Shown here: one piece after another, positions 14,622 to 26,098 of the stretch | Numbering within the stretch: the first letter of the stretch is position 1 | How the letters are laid out: each line of letters begins with the position of its first letter | From: Chromera velia | Lineage: Eukaryota | DNA length: 56,573 bases | Direction: 5' to 3' | Assembly (NCBI GenBank): GCA_018398765.1 | Contig: JAHBMJ010000181.1 | Location: 1-56,573, forward strand | Translations under genes and position numbers: made by a program | The notes under the pieces: model-generated | Database searches by the model: none | What the model was told of the DNA's origin: nothing | What the model saw: the letters and a program-made list of their open reading frames with translations, nothing else

Positions 14622-15231
14622 GCCACAGAAATGGATGGGATGAGATGACACCAGAAGAATTCACTCGGTCTCATATGGCCATGCAGGTTCTTTAGTGCAT
14701 GGCTTTCCAATTATAATAATATAATAACGTGTTTGCAGCGGCTCGAGTTTCTGGCCGAGCAAGCTTGGATAAAGCAGTGTAGGAAGGTAAGGCAAAGGTT
14801 AGTCACCACGCAGGACGCAGGCTAGCTGGTTGACATTCTCTGTCAGATTGTGTCTGTGGCTTGAACAGATTTCTCAACGATTTCTCATCTACATGCATCT
14901 CATGCAAGATCATGCAAGTACCCCGTCTACATGCACATGCCGTCTCCGAAGTCTCCAAGCCATGCACGATGCCATCACGATGCCGCATGCATGATCGAAT
15001 TCAAGTGCGTGCCATGCAGCCAAACCGTTCGATCAAGAGTCAAGACTCACGCAAGACAAGATCTGGCATGCAGGCAGTGACAGCTACAGCGTGATGAATG
15101 GAGCCCTCGTTCAAGAGGCAAGAGGCACACGCGCGACCTCACAACTTAGATCCAGAGGAAAGGCGAGACGAGAAACAAGCCTCGAGGAATGCAGGTGGTA
15201 GACGGGCGGTCTGGAGTCTGAGTGATCGATC

Positions 15232-16008
15232 ATGACGAATTCAGTGGCGAGGGTGGTGTCTTCCTTCACGCGTGCCCTCAAGGATGCAAAGTATGTCACT
15301 GTTCCGATGCAACTACCTCTGGCAGCACCGCCCTGCGTATTAGACAAGTGGTGGGTGAAGACCAAGGACAAAGTTTTGAGGGTCAGCAAGGGACCGAATT
15401 TTCATTAAGAGAAAGGAGACGGAGGAGACGGCGTCTCTGTGTTTGCTCACGCAGCTATATAGGCAGATGTGTCCTGAGGTCCTTTTCAGGTTTTGACTTG
15501 TTGCGTAGCAGCCTTTTCGTCTTCTTTCGTTCCAACAGTGACGATTCCGTCTTTTTCTGAGCTGTCTGAAATGCAGCTTCTTTTTCTTGCTTCCTCACCT
15601 CGATTCTTTCCGCGATGTCATCTCTGCCTTTCTCTCCATGCCAATCTCACAGTCTCCATTTCTCTCTTCAATGTATGCTCTTTTGCTCTCTCCCCGACTT
15701 TTCACTTCGTCAGAGGTCGAAAGGGCGTCCTCGGAAAGGGCGTCAGACTGCATTCTGAGACAGTCCTCTTTCTTCTTTTTTGGTCCTTCATCCTCGTCTT
15801 TTTTCTTTCTTTCTTTGTTTCTTTTTTTTTTTCTTCCTTTCCTTCTTCTTTCTTTCTTTGCTTCTTTTTTTTTTCTTCCTTTCTTTCTTCTTTCTTTCTT
15901 TCTTTTTTCTTTCTTTGTTTCTTTCTTTCTGTCTGTCTGTGTCTTTCTTTCTTTCTGTCTGTCTTTCTTTCTTTCTTCCTTCCTTCCTTTCTTTCTTCCT
16001 TTCCTCTC

Positions 16009-16072
<64 letters not shown>

Positions 16073-16073
16073 T

Positions 16074-16105
<32 letters not shown>

Positions 16106-16230
16106 TCCTTCCTTCCTTCCTTTCTTTCTTTCTTTCTTTCTTTTTTTCTTTCTTTCTTTCTTTTTTTCTTTCTTTCTTTCTTGCTTTCTTTCTGTCTGTC
16201 TGTCTTTCTTTCTTTCTTTCTTTCTTTCTG

Positions 16231-16284
<54 letters not shown>

Positions 16285-16361
16285 TTGCTTTCTTCCTTTC
16301 CTCTCTCTTTCTTTCTTTCTTTCTTTCTTTCTTTCCTCCTCTCTTTCTTTCTGTCTTTCTC

Positions 16362-16452
<91 letters not shown>

Positions 16453-16503
16453 CTCTTTCTTTCTCTTTCTTCCTTCCTTTCTTTCTTCCTTTCTCTCTTT
16501 TTT

Positions 16504-16539
<36 letters not shown>

Positions 16540-16663
16540 TTTTTCTTTCTTTCTTTCTCTCTTTCTGTCTTTCTGTCTTTCTGTCTTTCTGTCTTTCTGT
16601 CTGTCTGTCTGTCTTCCTTTCTTTCTTTCTTCCTTCCTTTCTTTCTTCCTTTCTCTCTTTTTT

Positions 16664-16697
<34 letters not shown>

Positions 16698-16796
16698 TTT
16701 CTTTCTTTTTTTCTTTCTTTCTTTCTTTCTCTTCCTGTCTTTCTTCTCTCTTTCGTCCTTTCTTTCTTTCGTCCTTTCGTTCTTTCGTTCTTTCGT

Positions 16797-16835
<39 letters not shown>

Positions 16836-17174
16836 CCCTTTCTTCCTTTCTTCCTTTCTTCCTTCCTTCCTTCCTTTCTTTCTTTCTTTCTTTCTTTCTT
16901 TTTTGCTTTCTTTCTTTCTTTCTTTCTTTCTTTTGGCCCCTGCATCTTCCGGTCTCCGTTGTCTTTCTTCCGGGATGAACTGCTAACGTGCTACTCTACT
17001 TGCGTTGTGCGTTTCTGTCTGACTGCCTCTCATTCTCACATTCTTTGTTTTGTTGGAGTGCAGGGCCAGACTTTGTGTGAGATGTCGGGAATGGACGGGA
17101 ACCTGTACACCATCAGTGCGTCGCATGAAGGGGAGATCGATCGGATTCACGTCAATCAGGGACAAAGAGTGCCT
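15232..17174 (+). CDS. Small protein with a lipoyl/biotinyl-attachment-like domain (exons 15232-15381 and 17064-17174; later exon unresolved)
   Basis: A phase-0 GT..CAG splice gives ...CVLDKWWVKTKDKVLR|GQTLCEMSGMDGNLYTISASHEGEIDRIHVNQGQRVP, matching the W-x-VK-x-GD-x-V-xx-GQ-x-LCE...I-x-A-xxx-G-x-I-xx-I-x-V-xx-G-xx-V pattern. The N-terminus is basic and Ser/Thr-rich, like a mitochondrial presequence. Confidence 0.65.
15798..16935. repeat. About 1.1 kb degenerate (TTTC)n intronic microsatellite
   Basis: Near-pure pyrimidine tract. It explains the low-complexity F/L/S and K/E/R ORFs in the track. Confidence 0.95.
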
Positions 17175-18116
17175 GTCAGTTGTCGTCAAGGGAGAGAGAC
17201 GTGAAAGCCATCTTGTCTCGCTGTGTCTGCTCTTCTTCTTGTTCTTCTTCTTCTTCTTCTTCTGCTGCTGCTGCTGCTGCTGGTGCTCTCTCAAGGAGGG
17301 AGAGACCACCTCTTTCTCCGTGTACCTCTGCATGATTGCACCCAGTCATTTCTTGAGACGTTTTGCATGGACTCATGCACACTGTTTACTCACAAGCAGA
17401 TTCTGGATTGCCTTGATGGTGAGCGACCCAAGCGGAAGAGTAGACTCTCTTGTGGTCTTCCTGCTTTCTCTCCTCTCAATGCTGTTCTGTGGATGCATTC
17501 GTGGACTGCCCCCCTCTCGGCTTTCTTCCTTCATTCTCTGGACATCTTCTAATTTTGTCCACCCTCTCTTCAATCCTCACTCAAGTCTTTGCACACAAGG
17601 TTAATAGGAGTGAGGCATGCAGTTTTGTTCCTTTCTCGCTGTGCAAGCAACATCATGTCATAGCATGTCCTTATATTCTCATGGGTGACGTCCTTTCCCC
17701 CTCCTCGCCTGTGCTCCTTTTGCATACAGAAGGGGGGAAAGTTGTGTGACATCAAGGCGACCCTCTCGGTTCATTTTAGGTTGGTTTGTGTGTCCCCTCT
17801 CTCGTGTGTTTGTTTCTGTCGATTGCTTTCTTTTCGGTTGGTTGGTTGGTTGGTTGGTTGGTTGGTTGGTTGGTTGGCTGTTTAGTTGATTGGCATGTTT
17901 TCTTGACGGGTTTTTGTTGGTTTGTTCGTCTCTCTGCTTTCCTGCAAGAGGCGTATCTGGTGTGGCCTTTTCTTCTTGAAGAAAGACATGAAGGAACGAT
18001 CCCTTATTTTTTTGCGTGGACTGCGGTTTTTGCAATTTCGATGGACTTCTGTCTGTTTTTCATTCGTTTGAGCACGTCATGCAAAACTGAAATGCCGTTG
18101 TTGCGATGAGAAAAAG

Positions 18117-18149
<33 letters not shown>

Positions 18150-18344
18150 TTCTGTCTGTGTGTCTTTTTCCGGAGAAAAAACAAGAAAGACCGTTACACA
18201 GTCTCTCTCCTTCTCTCCTTTTCCTGTCTGCCAGTGATTGTCGGTGTCTTCGCTGAGTGTCCCTAGGTTTCTTTCTTTTGTTTCTGGGATTCTTGAAGGG
18301 AAAGAGAAAAAAAGAAACGAGAAAGAACAAAAAGATGTCATATG

Positions 18345-18377
<33 letters not shown>

Positions 18378-19043
18378 CCTGTTGCCTGTCTATAAATGGG
18401 AAAAAGGAAGAACGGCAGTCATATGGTCTGTCTATGGGTGTTTGGCAGCCCTTTTGGATACGCCCATTTTCTCAATCGACCTCACTTCTTCCCTGCTTTT
18501 TCTTTTTTGTGTGTGTCTGTCCTTTGAGGAGGGGAGACAAGCAGGCGAAAAGTTCCAGCAATGGTAACTGTGTGCTGGAAAACAAATTTATTTACAAAAT
18601 ACATGCATCCGTGCAGGACGCTATGGCAAGATCGTCAACGGAAGTAAACTGATGTCTAGACTGATGTGCATAGTCTCCAGCAAAAATTTATGCATTCAAG
18701 TTGATTGAAACCAGAAAAAAAAACTTTTATACACTTAATCAATGATTATGCACAATTAATCATCCGAGTCAATTATTAGCTTTGACTATGATGTGAAATC
18801 GATCCCCATTCATTTTTATACTTAGATGGATACTCGAACGGATACTTTTTAAGAAAATGCTATAGCTAGACCAAGAAAAATTCTTGTTGAGGGTTACACA
18901 CTAAAACTTTTTTTAATCCTGTTGTGAAATCTGTTGAGCCCCCCTTCCCCCCTAGCTCGCGAATCGTGGGCGATCTTTTTTCCTTAAGTTTTTAAATTTT
19001 AGCTTTAATTTCTTTGCAATTTTTGCAACTGGGGGGCTACTTA

Positions 19044-19276
19044 GGCGCCGCACATAGAAAAAAAAAAAGTTGGAGAGGCCTAATTTTTTCTTTCTTTTTT
19101 TTATTTTTTTATTTCAAGTGCCTCAAAAATTAAGGAAAAAAATCTTTTTCGACACTCAAACTTACTTTTCTATAAAGGATGTGTACATGACTTTTGACCT
19201 TATAAAAAAAAAAAAGGAAAAAAAAAAGTTGGGGAGGCCTATTTTTTTTTTTTTCCTTTTTTTTATGTGCGGCGCC
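19044..19276. mobile_element. MITE with TA TSD
   Basis: TA|GGCGCCGCACATAG(A)n ... (T)nATGTGCGGCGCC|TA. Confidence 0.8.
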
Positions 19277-19676
19277 TAGGCGGCTACGGGTAGTAACCCT
19301 CCGGGCCCCNNNNNCCCCCCCCAAATACATTTTATTAATTACAATTCAAATTCATTTACTATTTTGTCTTACTTAGCATAAATTTTAATTTCAGTGAAGT
19401 TTTCAGAGCACTACTGTTCATGCAGAATAATATAGAATTATACCAGAATATAGGTTGTGCCTATAGGGTTGTGCGGAACAGAAGCTAAACTCCGTCAATT
19501 AAGTCCGAATCTCAATCATTTTTATGTTAGTTCACAGTTAATTAATTACATTCTCACGGCAGTTCTCTAGACGCTGACGGTTCTTTCATCAACAGTTTAT
19601 CGACAAGGGCTTGTATGACTAGTTGTATGGTAACAATCCCTAGCTGCATGTGTCTTAATTGATTTGGGGCTGGGGC

Positions 19677-21977
19677 TTAGGATGGAGGCTTGGGTGGGGG
19701 TGGGGGTGGGAGGGTTGGCGGCGGTGGGGGTGGGCGAGGTGCCATTGTCAGAGGGGTGGGTGGGGAAGGATGCTGATCGGGAGGAGACGGATGATGTGTC
19801 GGGACCCGGTGTGGGTGTGGGTGTGAGAGTGCTGATTGGAGGGTTGCGGTGTGCCCGTAGGAGCTCAGTGTCGTCTTTGTGCAATCCTTGCACCTGTAAC
19901 GCTCCCGGCCATGTTCACAAAAACTCCACCCCCCACACGCTTTACACCTGCGATGCTCCCGGCCATGTTCACATAAGCGCCTCCCTCCACACTCCTTGCC
20001 CTTGGAGCGCTGCCGGCCGTCTTTACACATGCTCCCCCCCACACACGCTTTGCAATAGCAACGCTCCCGACCATGTTCGCAAAGACTCCCCCCACCACAT
20101 TCTTTGCACACAGTTCGCCTCTTTCCATGCTGGCAGATGCCCCCGCCGCCACAGTCCTTGCACTTGGAGCGTTCACGGCCGTGCTGACAGATACCCCCTC
20201 CCCCGCACTCCTTGCACTTGGAGCGTTCGCGGCCGTGCCCACAGACACTCCCCCCCCTACACTCTTTACACGCACTTCGCACCCTCCCATGCTCACAAAT
20301 ACCCTTTCCTCCGCAATCCTTGCACCTATATCGCTCACGGTTATGCTCACACAATCCCTTTCCTCCGCAATCCTTGCACCTATATCGCTCACGGTTATGC
20401 TCACAGAATCCCTTTCTTTCTACAATTCCCCAATTCAATCGAACACTCCGGACTCCCTCCACACTATCTCTCCCCCCCTCTGCTCCCTTCCCTCCCAAAG
20501 CAACGCCAGGAGAAGATTTTTCTTCTTCTCCATTCAATCGCATTTCTGCTCTATGCAAAACTGCCTGGATCTCCTCAGCTGAGAGCGCAGAGAGGGAGGG
20601 AAGAAGGGCGGTGAGACGGGAACTTTCTGCAGACTCAAAAGCGGAAGGGGCGGAGGATACAGGGACTCCTCTGGCAACTCTCCCCTGGCCAGAGAGGGGA
20701 ATTATATCCATGCCCACCTCTCTGCTGGCTCTGCAATTCTTGCACCCGGACTGCAACTTGCCGTGTTCACATACACCCCTCCCTCCGCATTCCTTGCAAT
20801 TGTAACGCTGCCGACCGTGCTCACACAAACCCTTTCCCCCACAATCCTTGCACCGGGTACGCTGCCGACCGTGCTCGCAAATACCTTTGCCTCCACAATC
20901 CTTGCAATTGTACGGAATCCTGCCATGCCCACACAAACCCGTCCCGCCACAGTCCTTGCACCTTGTGCGCTCCCGACCGTGCTCACACAAGCTCGTGCCA
21001 CCACACTCTTTGCATCGACAGCGCTGCCGACCATGTTCACAAATGCCCCTCCTCCGACACTCCTTGCAGGTGGAACGGAGCCGGGAATGTGCACACAAAG
21101 TGTCATGGCAGTTTTTCTTCTTCACCGCCCTTCCCCCCTCTTTTTTTCGGCCCTCCCCCTTAGACTGACCAGCTCCACCCCCTGCATCTTCCCTCTCTTC
21201 CAAAGGCTGATCGAAATGAAAGGGAGCCTCAGGGGGGGAGTCTGAAGGCGCGACGTTTAGCCGACGCTGCTTCTCTTCCCGCACCACCCCTGCCCCCTCA
21301 GGGCCTGCCCCTCCCTCACAGACACGACTCCCCGACCACTGACGCTTCAAGTGAGACGGCTGGGAGGCTGCGTCCGGCACTGAGTCTGAGTCTCCCCGGA
21401 CCCCCACACTATCCCCCCAACTGTTTGTTTGATGTGGGTCCAAAAAGGAGACGGCAGGAAGGAGACAATTGGAGGTCGGGAAGCTGCCTCTCATCCCCTC
21501 GGCGAGACCCGTCTCTGTGTCACAGTCGAACTCTGCAGGGGGATGCGGACACACGCCCTCTGATTCAGGACGGTGAACAGATTGAACAAGATTTCCATCC
21601 CGTCTCCTTGTGCACACTTGACCCCAGCCGTCTCCCTCAACCGTTCCTCTCTCAAGAACTCCAGGATTGACTGGTGACTGTGTGGAAGAAACGGAAAGAC
21701 CTGATCCTCCATCAGGATGAACCTCACTGTTTATCTCCGACTGCCTTTCGGAGTCCCTCTGTATCCTTCCCTCCATCAGTGACCGAATCACTGACTCGAG
21801 AGACAGGTATATATACAGGCTACGTCTGGAAATGGGAAAAGCGGATCTGATAAGAAAGCCAAGTAAGGTGTGCTGCGTGTGCACTCCCAGGAGTCTGCCA
21901 ACCACATCGACCAATGACCGATGCTGCATCAATGCTTCCATGACGCTTTGAACTTCGGCTGGCCTGGGAGCGGCCAA
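19677..21977 (-). CDS. Intronless Cys/His-repeat protein (18-aa CxHGRxRxxCKxCGG units, putative Zn-binding) with two repeat arrays
   Basis: 766-codon ORF with arrays at about 20735-21105 and 19880-20410. It shares an REEKQRRL motif with the paralog at 53-55 kb. First ATG is at 21941. Confidence 0.8.
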   Translation of the reverse strand: MAAPRPAEVQSVMEALMQHRSLVDVVGRLLGVHTQHTLLGFLIRSAFPISRRSLYIYLSLESVIRSLMEGRIQRDSERQSEINSEVHPDGGSGLSVSSTQSPVNPGVLERGTVEGDGWGQVCTRRRDGNLVQSVHRPESEGVCPHPPAEFDCDTETGLAEGMRGSFPTSNCLLPAVSFLDPHQTNSWGDSVGVRGDSDSVPDAASQPSHLKRQWSGSRVCEGGAGPEGAGVVREEKQRRLNVAPSDSPPEAPFHFDQPLEEREDAGGGAGQSKGEGRKKEGGRAVKKKNCHDTLCAHSRLRSTCKECRRRGICEHGRQRCRCKECGGTSLCEHGRERTRCKDCGGTGLCGHGRIPYNCKDCGGKGICEHGRQRTRCKDCGGKGLCEHGRQRYNCKECGGRGVCEHGKLQSGCKNCRASREVGMDIIPLSGQGRVARGVPVSSAPSAFESAESSRLTALLPSLSALSAEEIQAVLHRAEMRLNGEEEKSSPGVALGGKGAEGGRDSVEGVRSVRLNWGIVERKGFCEHNRERYRCKDCGGKGLCEHNRERYRCKDCGGKGICEHGRVRSACKECRGGSVCGHGRERSKCKECGGGGICQHGRERSKCKDCGGGGICQHGKRRTVCKECGGGSLCEHGRERCYCKACVGGSMCKDGRQRSKGKECGGRRLCEHGREHRRCKACGGWSFCEHGRERYRCKDCTKTTLSSYGHTATLQSALSHPHPHRVPTHHPSPPDQHPSPPTPLTMAPRPPPPPPTLPPPPPPKPPS

Positions 21978-22080
21978 CAGGGAGAGTCAACACGAGAATA
22001 TAGTCCGTCTACGCGGAGCGGCGGCGCTGCACGTAATTGCACGTACAAGTCCTCAAATGCGGCGGCGCTCCCGCCTATAT

Positions 22081-22743
22081 AAGCCCTGGGCCCTTGAATT
22101 GTGACCACTCAACCACCCTTTGCATCGACTGATCTGTATGGATGAATCTGTATGGTTTTTTTTTTCATTTTTCAATTCTTTTTTTTTTTGTAAAAAAAAA
22201 ATGGCCAGCTCCAGGTGGGGCCCTATCTGAAAGCGGTGTAAGCGCTCTCATCGCGCGCGTGCACGTCGATGACAGACGTATGACAATGGCGTAAAATATA
22301 AGAGCAAAGGGTGACATGGTGTTTGTCTGTGTGCAAGTCCGTGGATGTTGGCAGGTGTTTGTCTATAGGTACGTCAGGGTGGTATACGCCTATTTGGTCA
22401 CAATTCAAGGGCCAGGGCATCGTGAGCTGTGTGACTTTGATTTCTTTTTTCTCTTGAATAAACGTCTTTGCCGTCTCTGCCGTCTCTGCAGGTTACTTGG
22501 AGCGACTGACTCTCTTTCTGGACGGCGTTTCTCGGAAAGTTGGTCTTCTTCGATTTGGACCCTTTTTTGCCCCCCCCCTCCCCCTTCCCTCTATGTGTGT
22601 GTGTGTATGTGTATGTGTGGATGGATGGATGGATAGATGGATGAATAGATGGATGAGTGGTTGGGTGGGTGGGTAGGTAGGTCACTGAGTGTGAGGGTGC
22701 ACGCAAGCTAGTTCAGAGGTTGGGTGTACAGAGCTAGCAGGGA

Positions 22744-22786
<43 letters not shown>

Positions 22787-23851
22787 AGAGAGAGAGAGAG
22801 AGAAAGAAGGTGGGAGAGGGAGAAAGAGTGCAGAGAGACGGCGCATACGTTTNNNNNNNNNNNNNNNNNNNNNNNNNNNNNNNNNNNNNNNNNNNNNNNN
22901 NNNNNNNNNNNNNNNNNNNNNNNNNNNNNNNNNNNNNNNNNNNNNNNNNNNNNNNNNNNNNNNNNNNNNNNNNNNNNNNNNNNNNNNNNNNNNNNNNNNN
23001 NNNNNNNNNNNNNNNNNNNNNNNNNNNNNNNNNNNNNNNNNNNNNNNNNNNNNNNNNNNNNNNNNNNNNNNNTCGGTTACTTGGTAGGTCGGTTGGGTGG
23101 CCTTTTCCTTCCGTTCGCATGTTCTGTCAGTCAGAAAGAAAAAGAAGTCATTTTGAGAAAAACGCGTTTTTATAGTTTGACTCTACGAAGCCCTGGCCCT
23201 TGAATTGTGACCATTCAACCACCCTTTGCATCGACTGATCTGTATGGATGAATCTGTATGGTTTTTTTTTTCATTTTTCAATTCTTTTTTTTTTTGTAAA
23301 AAAAAAATGGCCAGCTCCAGGTGGGGCCCTATCTGAAAGCGGTGTAAGCGCTCTCATCGCGCGCGTGCACGTCGATGACAGACGTATGACAATGGCGCAA
23401 AATATAAGAGCAAAGGGTGACATGGTGTTTGTCTGTGTGCAAGTCAGTGGATGTTGGCAGGTGTTTGTTTATAGGTACGTCAGGGTGGTATACGCCTATT
23501 TGGTCACAATTCAAGGGCCAGGGCATCGTGAGCTGTGTGACTTTGATTTCTTTTTTCTCTTGAATAAACGTCTTTGCCGTCTCTGCCGTCTCTGCAGGTT
23601 ACTTGGAGCGACTGACTCTCTTTCTGGACGGCGTTTCTCGGAAAGTTGGTCTTCTTCGATTTGGACCCTTTTTTGCCCCCCCCCTCCCCCTTCCCTCTAT
23701 GTGTGTGTGTGTATGTGTATGTGTGGATGGATGGATGGATAGATGGATGAATAGATGGATGAGTGGTTGGGTGGGTGGGTAGGTAGGTCACTGAGTGTGA
23801 GGGTGCACGCAAGCTAGTTCAGAGGTTGGGTGTACAGAGCTAGCAGGGAAG

Positions 23852-23902
<51 letters not shown>

Positions 23903-24781
23903 AGAGAGAGAGAGAGAGAAAGAAGGTGGGAGAGGGAGAAAGAGTGCAGAGAGACGGCGCATACGTTTTAGTGAGAGAAAAGGAAGGAGAAAGGATCGAG
24001 GTAAGTAGGTAAGAAAGAGTGAGACAGGCATTTCACAGGAGCAGAGAGTATGTGTGGCAGGAGAAGTGTGACTGAATAGACGAATGACTGTCAGTGAATG
24101 AAAGAGCAGAGAGGTGCGGTGGGCAGGACATGGTAGAAAAGAGTGATGAAAGATAAACAAAACAGACGAGTGTACACTGTACGGAGGGGCTTGGTAATCG
24201 GTTGGTAGAAAATGAAAGGTAGGGGCATATTCAGTCAGACAGTGTATTTGATGGTAGAAAGCTTATGGTAGAAGAGCGAAAGAGAGAGAGAAGGGAAGAA
24301 GGCAGGCAGGGAGAGAACACAAGTGGATCGGTTACTTGGTAGGTCGGTTGGGTGGCCTTTTCCTTCCGTTCGCATGTTCTGTCAGTCAGAAAGAAAAAGA
24401 AGTCATTTTAAGAAAAACGCGTTTTTATAGTTTGACTCTACGAAGCCCTGGCCCTTGAATTGTGACCATTCAACCACCCTTTGCATCGACTGATCTGTAT
24501 AGATGAATCTGTATGGTTTTTTTTTTCATTTTTCAATTCTTTTTTTTTTTGTAAAAAAAAAATGGCCAGCTCCAGGTGGGGCCCTATCTGAAAGCGGTGT
24601 AAGCGCTCTCATCGCGCGCGTGCACGTCGATGACAAACATATGACAATGGCGCAAAATATAAGAGCAAAGGGTGACATGGTGTTTGTCTGTGTGCAAGTC
24701 AGTGGATGTTGGCAGGTGTTTGTCTATAGGTACGTCAGGGTGGTATACGCCTATTTGGTCACAATTTAAGGGCCAGGGCAT
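22081..24781. repeat. A-B-A-B-A composite repeat: three ~340-bp units with terminal inverted repeats separated by two ~0.9-kb spacers
   Basis: A copies are 22081-22420, 23188-23526 and 24443-24781, each bounded by GCCCTGGCCCTTGAATTGTGACCA and its reverse complement. ATAT lies on both outer flanks. The first spacer contains an N gap. Confidence 0.85.
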
Positions 24782-24782
24782 A

Positions 24783-26091
24783 TATAAGTACCTGAGATGC
24801 ATGTTCTATAAGGAAGGGAACTTAAAAATGAGTGTAGATGCACGCCTGCAGTCAGCAACAAAGGCTTTAGGGTCTCTTCAGGGCCTCCTCTCTTCTCTTG
24901 ATCCTCTTCCTGCCTCTACAAAAGTGTAGCTTTTCCGGTCGGTTTGGCTGCCTGTCGCCACCTACTCCTTGGAGGCACTCCCTTTTAGGAAACAGGACAT
25001 CGACACACTGACCGCGCTGCAACTCAGATTTGTTCGTTGGGCCTTCCGTCTCCCTCACAACTCTTTCACCTCTCCTTCTCTCTTCTCTATTGGTCTGTCC
25101 TCTATGCTCTGTGTCATGCGAAGTCGTGTTGCTTCTTTCCTCTCTTCTCTTCACCTCCAAAAGCAAGACCTCCCTAAAGCAGTCCTGTGTACATATAGAG
25201 GAGGGCTGTGCCCATTATTTCGTGCATGTATCAATAAGTTGCTCCTGAAAGAGACCGCCAAGCTCCTCTCTCTAAGTTAGGCAGAGGCCCACAGCGTGTG
25301 GTCACTGCAGTATGAAGATATGAGGTAAAGAGAATGGAAAACAGAAAGAGCCCTGGTAGGGAACCGGTTGAAAAGAGAAATGGCGGTCCAGACAGAAGGG
25401 GAGTGGTTGAAGGGATGGGCAGCTAAGAATGAAGACGACAACAGTTATCCAAGAAGAAACCCATCACTCTACCCACCCAACACTGCATGCACCGCTTTTC
25501 AAAAAGCACATCCATCGAGAGAGAGATTTGCTAAACTGCTCCTTTCCACCCAACGAATCCATTCAGGAAAGAAGGTGTCGGTGCCGTGCTCTCTGCCCTC
25601 GCCCTTTTTTCAGGCAGGCATTTCCATCATGCCCCTTTTGCTCAAAGTCGTGGGGGGGGGAGCATGCCATGGCAGGGTGCAGGAAAAATTGTGTGTGCGT
25701 TGTCTGGATCAAGATAGACGACCGGTTGACGATGCTGTGCATCGCCTGACTGATTGTATAGGGAGGAGAGAGGAACAAGCAGCATTGAAAGCGGTAGTGA
25801 GAGAAGTGAAGGATAGTCTCTCTCTTTTTGACAGGGTTACCGCTGCGCAAAGAGTGGCAGCAATCTTTAAGGTTAAAAGGGCGGGCCCAGCAGAGGTAGA
25901 AGCCTTTGAGAGCTGCTTCTTGATGCTTAATCATAAGCCGCGGCAGGGGTTTGAAGCAATAATGAGGTGCTTGAGAGAGGTGGAGAATTGAGAGCATGCG
26001 TTTGATCTAGAATAATCGATCGATCAAACACCCTATACATGAATGCATGGATGAACGGACCACCCGAGCCCAACAGAGGCTAGGGGTTAAG
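24783..26091 (+). mobile_element. 5'-truncated, stop-interrupted LINE (RT C-terminus and downstream region)
   Basis: Starts at YKYL. PVATYSLEALP...LQLRFVRW and DDAVHRL match the adjacent minus-strand LINE. In-frame stops at 24927, 25278 and 25326; terminal TGA at 25989. Confidence 0.85.
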
Positions 26092-26098
26092 TCTTCTA

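Noticed and set aside
15493..17204. Long 385-497 aa ORFs
   Set aside because: They are translations of the TTTC microsatellite inside an intron.
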